From Pseudodesulfovibrio piezophilus C1TLV30 (GTDB lineage Bacteria > Desulfobacterota > Desulfovibrionia > Desulfovibrionales > Desulfovibrionaceae): DNA of 32,000 nt. A program made the translations under genes and the position numbers. How positions within the stretch are numbered: the stretch's first letter is position 1; the number at the start of each line of letters is the position of its first letter. A model generated the notes under the pieces. That model did not search any database, was not told the DNA's origin, and saw nothing but the letters and a program-made list of their open reading frames with translations. The DNA is taken from the NCBI RefSeq assembly GCF_000341895.1, contig NC_020409.1, positions 750,001 through 782,000 on the forward strand. The letters run 5' to 3'. This document shows, piece after piece, positions 17,021 through 24,863 of this stretch.

Positions 17021-17434
17021 CTATTTCCCGGAATCCTCAGTACTGATTTCCACATCACTCTCCACCGCATCTGCTTCATGGGCTTCTATCGCCTGTAAGG
17101 CCTTGAGTTTGGCTTCTTGTGCTGCCGCCTTGATGCGGAAGTATTGTGCGATCCTATCCTTAACCCGAAGCATCCATTTATCGTTTGGGTACCGTCGGAA
17201 GAGATGATCCAATCGTTCAATTCTTTCGGCATATTTGGTCCCAGCACCAGCCCCTCCCATATCAACGGGATTCCCTTGAACGGTAATCCGATCTACTTTC
17301 ATATTCTCGAGTCGGGCAATGAGACTCTCTGTCAACTCCATCCCCTCGGCCATGATGGTCATACCACCTTCCTTGGTGACGGGTTTTGCCAACTTCATGC
17401 CCGGTGCGGCGAGATCGATCGGTATCTTTTGCAT
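17021..17434 (-). CDS. Hypothetical 137-aa protein (orf137)
   Basis: The ORF ends 3 nt before the HDOD start. The N-terminus IPIDLAAPGMKLAKPV..G..I.AEGMELTESLIARL resembles short N-terminal modules seen on HD-GYP-type proteins (from memory only). The C-terminus is a charged helix. Confidence 0.55.
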   Translation of the reverse strand: MQKIPIDLAAPGMKLAKPVTKEGGMTIMAEGMELTESLIARLENMKVDRITVQGNPVDMGGAGAGTKYAERIERLDHLFRRYPNDKWMLRVKDRIAQYFRIKAAAQEAKLKALQAIEAHEADAVESDVEISTEDSGK

Positions 17435-17519
17435 AATTATATTAATAAAAAATTAAGTGAGTTGCACATTCACAACTCGTGAACACAAAGCCTTCTTTCT
17501 GCACAAAAGAGCCATCTGG

Positions 17520-17792
17520 TCAAATCTTGTCGAAAAAGATCAGACTGCCCATAAGAATAAAAGCGACAGCAGCTACCTTCTTGATAACTGCCGGAGAGAC
17601 ATATTGACAGATAAATTGAGCAAACATAACCCCAAGAAAACTCACAAGCACCAAAGCAAGCGAGGAACCGAGGAAGACAGTCCAGGGCTTTTGAGTCTTG
17701 GCAGTCATAAGCATACATGCTAATTGAGTTTTATCACCAAGCTCAGCAACAAAAAGCGTTCCGAACGTCGTTAAGAGAAGCTTCCAGTCCAT
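17520..17792 (-). CDS. Single-repeat UPF0016 (GDT1/TMEM165-like) membrane protein
   Basis: 90 aa with three hydrophobic helices. The signature motif is FVAELGDKTQLA (E-x-G-D-K-T). Confidence 0.8.
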   Translation of the reverse strand: MDWKLLLTTFGTLFVAELGDKTQLACMLMTAKTQKPWTVFLGSSLALVLVSFLGVMFAQFICQYVSPAVIKKVAAVAFILMGSLIFFDKI

Positions 17793-17833
17793 TCTATATT
17801 CTCCATGATCGATTGTAACTCACAAATCATCAT

Positions 17834-19081
17834 TTAATCCTCTTTGGCCAAATACCACATACCGGGCAACTGCTTGACAGCCCCCCTCATCTCGAGCATC
17901 AGCATGACTTTACTCACCTTTGCGGATGTCCATCCCAACTCTCGCCCGAGGTTGTCGATATGCATCTTGTCAGAAGAATTAAGGGCTGTCATAATGGCTC
18001 TTTCATCATCATTCAAAATTAGTGCTTCCCGCTCCACCACAGTAGAACGTTTTCGATGAGGAGCCTGTCTCTCCGCTCTTTTTGTGACTGATCTTTTCCG
18101 CTTTGTCGAACCCTTTACCCTGGACTCGGATTCATCGATCACATCGCCTGGCTCGACAGAGACAGGATCAGGCAATTCGACTAATTCTCGGGCAAAATCA
18201 TATCGTAATATCTCAACGATATCCGAGGCACTCTCAACCAGTGATGCTCCCTGCTTGATGAGTCTGTGACAGCCGGTAAAAGTGGGCTGACCCAGAGGAC
18301 CAGGCAGAGCAAAGACATCACGACCCTGTTCTCCTGCCAAACGAGCGGTAATAAGACTCCCGCTGTTGTGCGCAGCTTCTGCTACCAGTACGCCAAGAGA
18401 CAGTCCACTAATCAACCGATTGCGCACAGGAAAATTGGATGGCCTCGGTTTCACACCCGGCCCATACTCCGTCACCACAAGTCCTCTGGTCATAAGCTGT
18501 TTGCGAACATCAAAATTATCGTAGGGATAATCAATATCCAAACCACAACCGAGAACCGCAATAGAACTGCCTATTCCTCGTAAACCACCCAAATGCGCTT
18601 GGCGGTCTATTCCGAGCGCCAAGCCGGAAACAACTGTGATCCCAATAGTGGAAAGTTGCGTACTGATGCGCCCAGCAGCTTCCAGGCCGAGGGCTGTGCA
18701 CTCGCGTGCTCCGACAACAGCCACACCGGGGTTCTTCAGCAGAGTAATATCGCCGGAGAAATACAGCATGGCAGGAGGGTCCGGTAGATGCTTCAACCCC
18801 TGTGGGAAACGCGGATCAAACCATGTCACCACGTCCATTCCCGCTTCTCTGGCCGCTTTGAATTCGGTCTCAGCTTTCTTCCGCCATACTTCGTTTTTAC
18901 ATTGAGCTGAAATACTTTTGATCCACCGACTCTCTATACCAAGAGAACGCCATTTGGATGCATCCTGAACAGCATCATAAGCGGAAGGATACTGTTCAAA
19001 AAGCTGCTTCCAGACCAATGGACCAAGGTACGCGGTGTGCTTGAGGGCAAGGCAGGCAAAATATTCTTTTGAAAAATCCAT
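17834..19081 (-). CDS. dprA: DNA-processing protein DprA/Smf
   Basis: 415 aa. It has the Rossmann-like core VVSGLALGIDRQAHLGGL...SGSLITARLAGEQGRDVFALPG, a basic linker and a C-terminal winged-helix-like tail. Confidence 0.88.
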   Translation of the reverse strand: MDFSKEYFACLALKHTAYLGPLVWKQLFEQYPSAYDAVQDASKWRSLGIESRWIKSISAQCKNEVWRKKAETEFKAAREAGMDVVTWFDPRFPQGLKHLPDPPAMLYFSGDITLLKNPGVAVVGARECTALGLEAAGRISTQLSTIGITVVSGLALGIDRQAHLGGLRGIGSSIAVLGCGLDIDYPYDNFDVRKQLMTRGLVVTEYGPGVKPRPSNFPVRNRLISGLSLGVLVAEAAHNSGSLITARLAGEQGRDVFALPGPLGQPTFTGCHRLIKQGASLVESASDIVEILRYDFARELVELPDPVSVEPGDVIDESESRVKGSTKRKRSVTKRAERQAPHRKRSTVVEREALILNDDERAIMTALNSSDKMHIDNLGRELGWTSAKVSKVMLMLEMRGAVKQLPGMWYLAKED

Positions 19082-19155
19082 GGTAAGCTTACTTGATGAA
19101 AATGGACCGTGGCAAGAATTCCGCCTCCTGGCTCAAAAACTATCGGAACACTTCA

Positions 19156-20043
19156 TCAACCGCCCAAGCGGTTCAGCTCTTGACGAGCGAGCTTTGCTGG
19201 CGCAGACTTTGGAAAATCCTCTATAAGCGCACGCAGATAGAAAATTGCATTATCAGGGTCGCCCACCTTGTCGTAAGACATTCCTATCTTGAGCAATGCC
19301 GCCGCAGATTTGTCATGTTTCGGGTATCGTCCCGTAACTTCCTTGAAAGCCAAAATGGATTGGGCAAAATCCTTTTGTGAATAGAACGTCTCTCCCTTCC
19401 AATAAAGGGCATTAGGAACAAGATCATTCTTAGGATATTTCTTAACGAACTGCTCAAAGGCAGACCGAGCGCCAATAAAATCATCCCCATTATATTTGGC
19501 GAGCCCTGAAGTATAGAGAGCCTTGGCAGAAGACAGCTCAGGAGAAGCCTTATGTCTCTGAACAGAAGTTTTTTTCCTCTCAACAATTTTGGGTTCAGGC
19601 ACGACCGGAGGAGGACCAGGCACAGTATCCCAGGGTTGAGTTTCATCATTTTGGATTGTGGTTTTGACAGTATCTGACACCTCATTTTTCTGCCCCTCAA
19701 CCCAGCCATCATCTTCGGGTTTCAGATCTGTCACCCATCCTTTCTCAACAGAGGAAGAGTCCGCAGAAACATCTTCCGGGGCAGCCATTATAGAAGAACC
19801 AGACTTAAGGGAGGCAATTTTCTGTTCCAGGTTTTCAAGCTTACGAGAGACAGCTTCGGAACTTTCAAGACTCCGGTCAGCCTGAAGCCGTTGCTCTTCA
19901 CGAAAATTCAAAAAGCTCTCTTCAAGACTTTTCAATCGCCATTCCGTACTCGCATCTATCGTGGATGCCTGCTGCCTGGCCGCAGTACAAGCTGATGCCA
20001 TGAGGCATACCACAGTCAGCAGGACGAGCTTCAGATAGTCCAT
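19156..20043 (-). CDS. cpoB: YbgF/CpoB-like TPR protein with a signal/lipoprotein-like N-terminus
   Basis: 295 aa. It has an N-terminal hydrophobic segment ending ASAC, a coiled coil, and a Pro-rich linker. The C-terminal TPR region ALYWKGETFYSQKDFAQSILAFKEVTGRYPKHDKSAAALLKIGMSY is typical of YbgF. Confidence 0.75.
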   Translation of the reverse strand: MDYLKLVLLTVVCLMASACTAARQQASTIDASTEWRLKSLEESFLNFREEQRLQADRSLESSEAVSRKLENLEQKIASLKSGSSIMAAPEDVSADSSSVEKGWVTDLKPEDDGWVEGQKNEVSDTVKTTIQNDETQPWDTVPGPPPVVPEPKIVERKKTSVQRHKASPELSSAKALYTSGLAKYNGDDFIGARSAFEQFVKKYPKNDLVPNALYWKGETFYSQKDFAQSILAFKEVTGRYPKHDKSAAALLKIGMSYDKVGDPDNAIFYLRALIEDFPKSAPAKLARQELNRLGG

Positions 20044-20233
20044 TCACAATCTCCCATTTCTTAAAACATAGAGCGTTTTATGAGAAATAGGCGATCAATT
20101 GATTTTTTGCAAGGAATCGTTGCCAAACCGACAGCTGATATCAAGACCAAACCTTGCGCCTGTGCTATTTTTCAGGCAAATAAGCCACGCGACCATTAAA
20201 TGGGAGTAAAAAGTATCTGGAGAGAAAAACACT

Positions 20234-21148
20234 ATGACGATAAATGAAACACTGACCATGACCGCTTTCATGCTGGCTCCAGCCTTTTTCAGCCTACTGG
20301 GGCTGGCAGCTTTGGGCAGCCCTATTATCGCTCTGCTTGGCGAACTGACAGCTCGTTTTCAAGGAAAAGTTTTTTACGACAAGTATGGCCAGCAAACTGC
20401 GACAATGGGCGTCCTGCTGACTCTCTTGACGATCATTGTTGAAATAGTGGGACTTGCTGTCGCATATATTAAATTCCCGAACCTTTTCCAGGAATGGATA
20501 ACAGCAAATTCTCCATTTGCCGGAGCTGGCATTGCCATGGTGCTCTTTTTATTTTTTTCGGTAACCTATTCTCTGACTTGGAAGAGACTACGGCCATATA
20601 AAATTATACATACCATTATAGGAATTGGAGCAGCCTCTGCGGCCATTGCTCTGATTATACTTGGGATCTTTCCAAAACTCACAGTGGCTGGGTCTGAGGA
20701 AGTGCTACCTCAAATTGTTCACTCCATACTAGCTCCATTAACTGGTATGTATTTGATCCTAACTGTGGCTGCGGCCGCTGGCTTGAGTTGTCTCTACCTA
20801 GTCTTTCGCCGAAAAAAAGACGATTTTGGACGTGACTATTACAACTTCGCACTTAAACTCGCGTCACGTTGGGCTCTATTTTTCTCCATCCCTTTCCTTG
20901 GGTGCCAAAGCTGGCTTTTCCTAGCCCTCCCCCAAACGATACAAACCATCGTTCTTGGCACTCCCCTTGGTCTTGTATGGGGAGTTGGAGCAGTACTCAC
21001 GCTCATATGCATTCTCATCTGGGGAGGTCTCGCCCGCAGCCAATCCCCGCTTCAACTCAAAGGATTAACACTTGTTACCTTCATTCTCATGTGGTTGATG
21101 CATACCATGAACGTCACAGTATTCGTCAATTTCATGATGATGATATAG
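20234..21148 (+). CDS. Polytopic integral membrane protein, function unknown
   Basis: 304 aa with about 8-9 hydrophobic segments. GGAGAG lies upstream of the ATG. I recognise no motif. Confidence 0.6.
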   Translation: MTINETLTMTAFMLAPAFFSLLGLAALGSPIIALLGELTARFQGKVFYDKYGQQTATMGVLLTLLTIIVEIVGLAVAYIKFPNLFQEWITANSPFAGAGIAMVLFLFFSVTYSLTWKRLRPYKIIHTIIGIGAASAAIALIILGIFPKLTVAGSEEVLPQIVHSILAPLTGMYLILTVAAAAGLSCLYLVFRRKKDDFGRDYYNFALKLASRWALFFSIPFLGCQSWLFLALPQTIQTIVLGTPLGLVWGVGAVLTLICILIWGGLARSQSPLQLKGLTLVTFILMWLMHTMNVTVFVNFMMMI

Positions 21149-21165
21149 ATAAAATTCTACTTGAT

Positions 21166-21210
21166 GATCAAAAAAGACCGGGGAGCTTTGCTCCCCGGTC
21201 TTTTTTGATC
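21166..21210. terminator. Bidirectional terminator between the membrane-protein gene and cheA
   Basis: GATCAAAAAAGACCGGGGAGCTTTGCTCCCCGGTCTTTTTTGATC: a long perfect stem with A-run and T-run on either side. Confidence 0.9.
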
Positions 21211-21225
21211 ATCTGTATACTTAGT

Positions 21226-24200
21226 CTACTTTCCAGAACTGAGCGCCGGAACAGATGCCGAAGGCTCCTTCCGTCCAAGCTGAGTTGACAGACTGTATAT
21301 TTCATGGGGATCAAGAATAAGCACAACAGAGCCATCCCCCATAATAGTTGCCCCGGAAAGCCCCTTAAGGTTAAAATTATTGAGATACTGTCCAAGAGGC
21401 TTAATAACTATTTCTTGTCTTTCTAACAATCGGTCCACAACAAGCCCCAAACGTCGGTCATTGTCCTGTATAACAACCATCGGCAGCACTTCTCGTTCAT
21501 CCATGGTTTGCGGCAACCCGAGTAACTCTGCCAATTCGACAATCCCGAGTACTTCGCCACGCAAAGTCACTGCTTTTCGATTATTGACATCAGAGAGCTT
21601 TGCAAATTCGATCTTCGTGGTCTCGGAAACAGCATCGAGAGGGATGGCAAAAGTATCCCCAGCCACCTGGACCATAAGCGCATCGATAATGGCGAGCGTC
21701 AATGGCAGGGTCAGGGTCAACCGTGTCCCCTTACCAACTTCAGACTGGGTATTAACACTTCCCTTGAGATTTTTAATGTTGGTCTTGACCACATCCATAC
21801 CAACACCACGACCTGAAATATCCGTCACCTTTTCAGCTGAAGAAAAACCAGGAGCAAAGATGAGATCCAAAGCTTCTCTATCATCCATGGCATTAGCTTC
21901 TTCTGGAGTAATAACCCCTTTTCTAATAGCCACTTGTTTGAGTTTATCTGGGTCGATTCCACGCCCGTCATCCTCAACCTCGATAGCGACAGAGTTCCCT
22001 TTATGGTAGGCTCTCAACCAGACATGGCCTTTTGGTTTTTTGCCAGCCTGAACTCGTTCCTGCTCATCCTCAAGTCCGTGATCCACCGCGTTTCTCACGA
22101 GGTGCACCAAAGGATCACCGATTTCTTCAACAACAGATTTATCGAATTCAGTCTCTTCGCCTTCCATGATCAGTTCAACCTGTTTGCCAGATTTCCGGCT
22201 CAGGTCACGAACAAGACGCGGAAACCGGGAAAAAACAGTTTGCACCGGGACCATGCGGACTTTCATGATCGTATCTTGCAAATCATCGGAAATCCGAGCC
22301 ATGGCGTAAGTGGTCTCTGTCAACTGCTGCGCGACAACATGAACATCCTCATGCCCTTCTTCAAGTGCACGGGCCAACATTGCATAACGATTTCTGTTGA
22401 TTATCAACTCACCAATAACATTCATCAAGTGATCAAGTTTATGGTGATCCACTCGAATAGTGCTGGACCCCTTGGGTTTAGTGGGAGCTGGAGTATTCGC
22501 AGCACTTTTGCTCGGAACATTCGACATAGATTTAGAGGCCGCAGGCGATGCGGACTTGGGTGCAGGTTGAGAAGCTGGGGCAGGAGTAGGCTTTGGCGAA
22601 GTTGACTGAGGGGGAGCTGAAGCAACTGGCTCAGCAACGGGTGCAGGGGACGGCACAGGCTCTTGTTTAACCTCAGCAGCCTGAGGAGTTGGAGCTGGAG
22701 CTGGAGGAGCTGAGGGAGCAGCTCCTTCGTCCTGACTCTTGGGAGCGCTGGATTCTGATTCTGCCTCAGACTTGGAAGTCTGCCCTTTCTCAGTTGGATC
22801 AACTGCGGCTTCTCCGGTAACATCAGCAATGGCCTGAAGAAGCATTTCTTTCAAAATGGAAAATTCCTGGTCCAGGATATCCAGCATCAGTGTAAAATCG
22901 ATATCAGACTTGCGCCCCTGATCGACCAACCCAGCTGTCCGGGATGCATATTCCTTAATTTCATTCAGGCCCATGTAGCCTGTAGAGTTCTGAATTGTCT
23001 GGAAGGTTCGGAACAAGGCATCAATAATATCCATCTGGGTTGCATCCTGGCGAAGCAGCTCCAAGGCCACAGAAGCAGAATCCAGTTGCTGATTGATGGT
23101 TGAAACAAAAAGCGTCACATCTTCCTGATCATAGCCATGTTCCTGCGCAAAGGATGTTCCAGCAGCGGAATCCTGAGCTTCACCTGCCTCATCTTTGCCC
23201 GCAGCAACAGCGCCTTCGACAGCCGCCATATCAAGGTCTTCAGTTACTTTTTGAAGTAACTGGACCATCACACTTGTATCCACTGGTGAGACCTTGTTGG
23301 TCTCCATATCCACTTTGCCAATCAATTCTTCAATAAGATCAACGGCAGCGAGCAAAAGATCAATAAGCCCCTGACTGCACTCCATATCCCCCTTTCGAAC
23401 CTTATTCAGAAGAGTTTCTGCTTCATGAGTTAAAGCATTCAACTCTTTGAAACCGATAATACCGCTGTTTCCTTTAAGATTGTGAAAATAACGAAATGTA
23501 TCATTGATCATTTCATCACTACCATCCGGGTCACCTTCAAGCGCCAAAAGACACCGATTAAGGTTCTCCACTATCTCCTGAGCCTCTTCAAGGAAGTCGG
23601 CCAAGTGGCCCTCCCCTACGGTCGTCAGGATATAAGGCGTATCATCGAAATTTGGATCTGGTTGAGGCTGAAAAGATGAAGTCATGGCTCTATCTTCCGT
23701 ATCGACCGCAGGTGATGCGGGCTCAGGTTCGGTAGCAATCTGAGAGGATGTTGCTATGGAATCGGGCACGGTTTCGACCACCGGTTTCACCGTGGCTTCA
23801 GGGGCTCCGGGCGATGGGATCACGGGGGAGTCTCCTCCCTGCTCACCTGTCACCTCTTCGTCCAACTCCCCAGCCAAGGCTTTTTCAATATCAGCGATTA
23901 TCGGAGTTGTATCGACATCGCCTTCAATTCCACTATTTTCCAGGTTATCAACCATCGTGCGCAAGGCATCTGTGGCAGAGAGGATCAAATCCATTATGGC
24001 CCCAGTCACATGCATGGAGCCTTGCCTGAGTTCATCGAGAATGTTCTCAGCCTTGTGAGCCAGGCCGTTGATCTTGTTTAACCCAAGAAAGCCCGATGCA
24101 CCCTTGAGTGAGTGCATTGGACGAAAAATTTCATTAAGTAACCCAAGATTCTCCGGGGACTTTTCAAGCTCTAGCAGATTCGGCTCGATTGTCTCCAAAT

Positions 24201-24261
24201 GCTCTTTGGCCTCAACAAAAAAATCGGCCAATATTTCCGGATCAAGAAAGTCCTGACTCAT
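21226..24261 (-). CDS. cheA: Chemotaxis histidine kinase CheA with two intact Hpt domains, one degenerate Hpt-like domain, a Pro/Ala/Ser linker, dimerisation, HATPase and CheW-like domains
   Basis: 1011 aa. It has FRPMHSLKGASGFLG (H50), FRYFHNLKGNSGIIG (H260) and FRTFQTIQNSTGYMG (Q421). IRVDHHKLDHLMNVIGELI is the dimerisation domain. HLVRNAVDHG, DDGRGID and GRGVGMD are the N, G1 and G2 boxes. The C-terminus is CheW-like. Confidence 0.93.
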   Translation of the reverse strand: MSQDFLDPEILADFFVEAKEHLETIEPNLLELEKSPENLGLLNEIFRPMHSLKGASGFLGLNKINGLAHKAENILDELRQGSMHVTGAIMDLILSATDALRTMVDNLENSGIEGDVDTTPIIADIEKALAGELDEEVTGEQGGDSPVIPSPGAPEATVKPVVETVPDSIATSSQIATEPEPASPAVDTEDRAMTSSFQPQPDPNFDDTPYILTTVGEGHLADFLEEAQEIVENLNRCLLALEGDPDGSDEMINDTFRYFHNLKGNSGIIGFKELNALTHEAETLLNKVRKGDMECSQGLIDLLLAAVDLIEELIGKVDMETNKVSPVDTSVMVQLLQKVTEDLDMAAVEGAVAAGKDEAGEAQDSAAGTSFAQEHGYDQEDVTLFVSTINQQLDSASVALELLRQDATQMDIIDALFRTFQTIQNSTGYMGLNEIKEYASRTAGLVDQGRKSDIDFTLMLDILDQEFSILKEMLLQAIADVTGEAAVDPTEKGQTSKSEAESESSAPKSQDEGAAPSAPPAPAPTPQAAEVKQEPVPSPAPVAEPVASAPPQSTSPKPTPAPASQPAPKSASPAASKSMSNVPSKSAANTPAPTKPKGSSTIRVDHHKLDHLMNVIGELIINRNRYAMLARALEEGHEDVHVVAQQLTETTYAMARISDDLQDTIMKVRMVPVQTVFSRFPRLVRDLSRKSGKQVELIMEGEETEFDKSVVEEIGDPLVHLVRNAVDHGLEDEQERVQAGKKPKGHVWLRAYHKGNSVAIEVEDDGRGIDPDKLKQVAIRKGVITPEEANAMDDREALDLIFAPGFSSAEKVTDISGRGVGMDVVKTNIKNLKGSVNTQSEVGKGTRLTLTLPLTLAIIDALMVQVAGDTFAIPLDAVSETTKIEFAKLSDVNNRKAVTLRGEVLGIVELAELLGLPQTMDEREVLPMVVIQDNDRRLGLVVDRLLERQEIVIKPLGQYLNNFNLKGLSGATIMGDGSVVLILDPHEIYSLSTQLGRKEPSASVPALSSGK

Positions 24262-24324
24262 TCGATACCCTCTGGTGACCTCGAAAGACTGCCATTACTG
24301 ACAAACTATGAACACCTGGATTCT

Positions 24325-24333
24325 ATTATACCA
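24325..24333 (-). promoter_or_regulatory. Extended -10 motif TGGTATAAT upstream of cheA
   Basis: The reverse complement of 24325-24333 reads TGGTATAAT (TGnTATAAT consensus). It lies about 65 nt upstream of the cheA ATG. Confidence 0.25.
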
Positions 24334-24351
24334 ACGAAATATACTTGGTTT

Positions 24352-24720
24352 TTAGCCAAGCAACATCTTGACATTTCTCACCAGCTTTTCAGGCTGTGCG
24401 GGTTTGACCATGTACAGATTCGCTCCAACCGTCAAGCCAGTCTGGATATCCTTATCTTGGCCTTCAGTAGATAAAACCACAATCGGGATATCCCGATAAG
24501 CTTCCTGTTCACGTACCGTCTTGATGAAAGTCAAGCCATCCATGCGCGGCATGTTAACGTCCGAAACGATCAAATCGACTTCGGTAGCACTATATAATTT
24601 TTCAAGGCCGTCCAAACCATCTTCAGCAGATGTGACCTTAAATCCTTCTTTTTTCATAATAAAGGCTACCAAGTTACGTACCGTCTTGGAATCGTCCACA
24701 ATTAGAATATGTTTAGCCAT
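24352..24720 (-). CDS. cheY: CheY-like single-domain response regulator
   Basis: 122 aa. It has ILIVDDS, VSDVNMPRMDG and YMVKP, so all receiver signature residues are present. Confidence 0.92.
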   Translation of the reverse strand: MAKHILIVDDSKTVRNLVAFIMKKEGFKVTSAEDGLDGLEKLYSATEVDLIVSDVNMPRMDGLTFIKTVREQEAYRDIPIVVLSTEGQDKDIQTGLTVGANLYMVKPAQPEKLVRNVKMLLG

Positions 24721-24755
24721 GATTCCCTCTTACCTCCACTAGCATGGTGTAGACA

Positions 24756-24764
24756 ATTATATCA
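24756..24764 (-). promoter_or_regulatory. Extended -10 motif TGATATAAT upstream of cheY
   Basis: The reverse complement of 24756-24764 reads TGATATAAT, about 36 nt upstream of the cheY ATG. It is adjacent to a TTTTGCAAAA palindrome. Confidence 0.25.
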
Positions 24765-24863
24765 CTTTTGCAAAATCGCAGAACTCTGTCACCAGCAGGA
24801 GATTCTGGACTGGCTCCTCCGCAACTACCATATACTTTCTGATCCAATTCGTTTTCCACGCCT

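Noticed and set aside
21380-22605. Two plus-strand ORFs (209 aa and 223 aa)
   Set aside because: They are antisense to the cheA kinase core, and their Ser/Arg-rich translations are typical of shadow frames.
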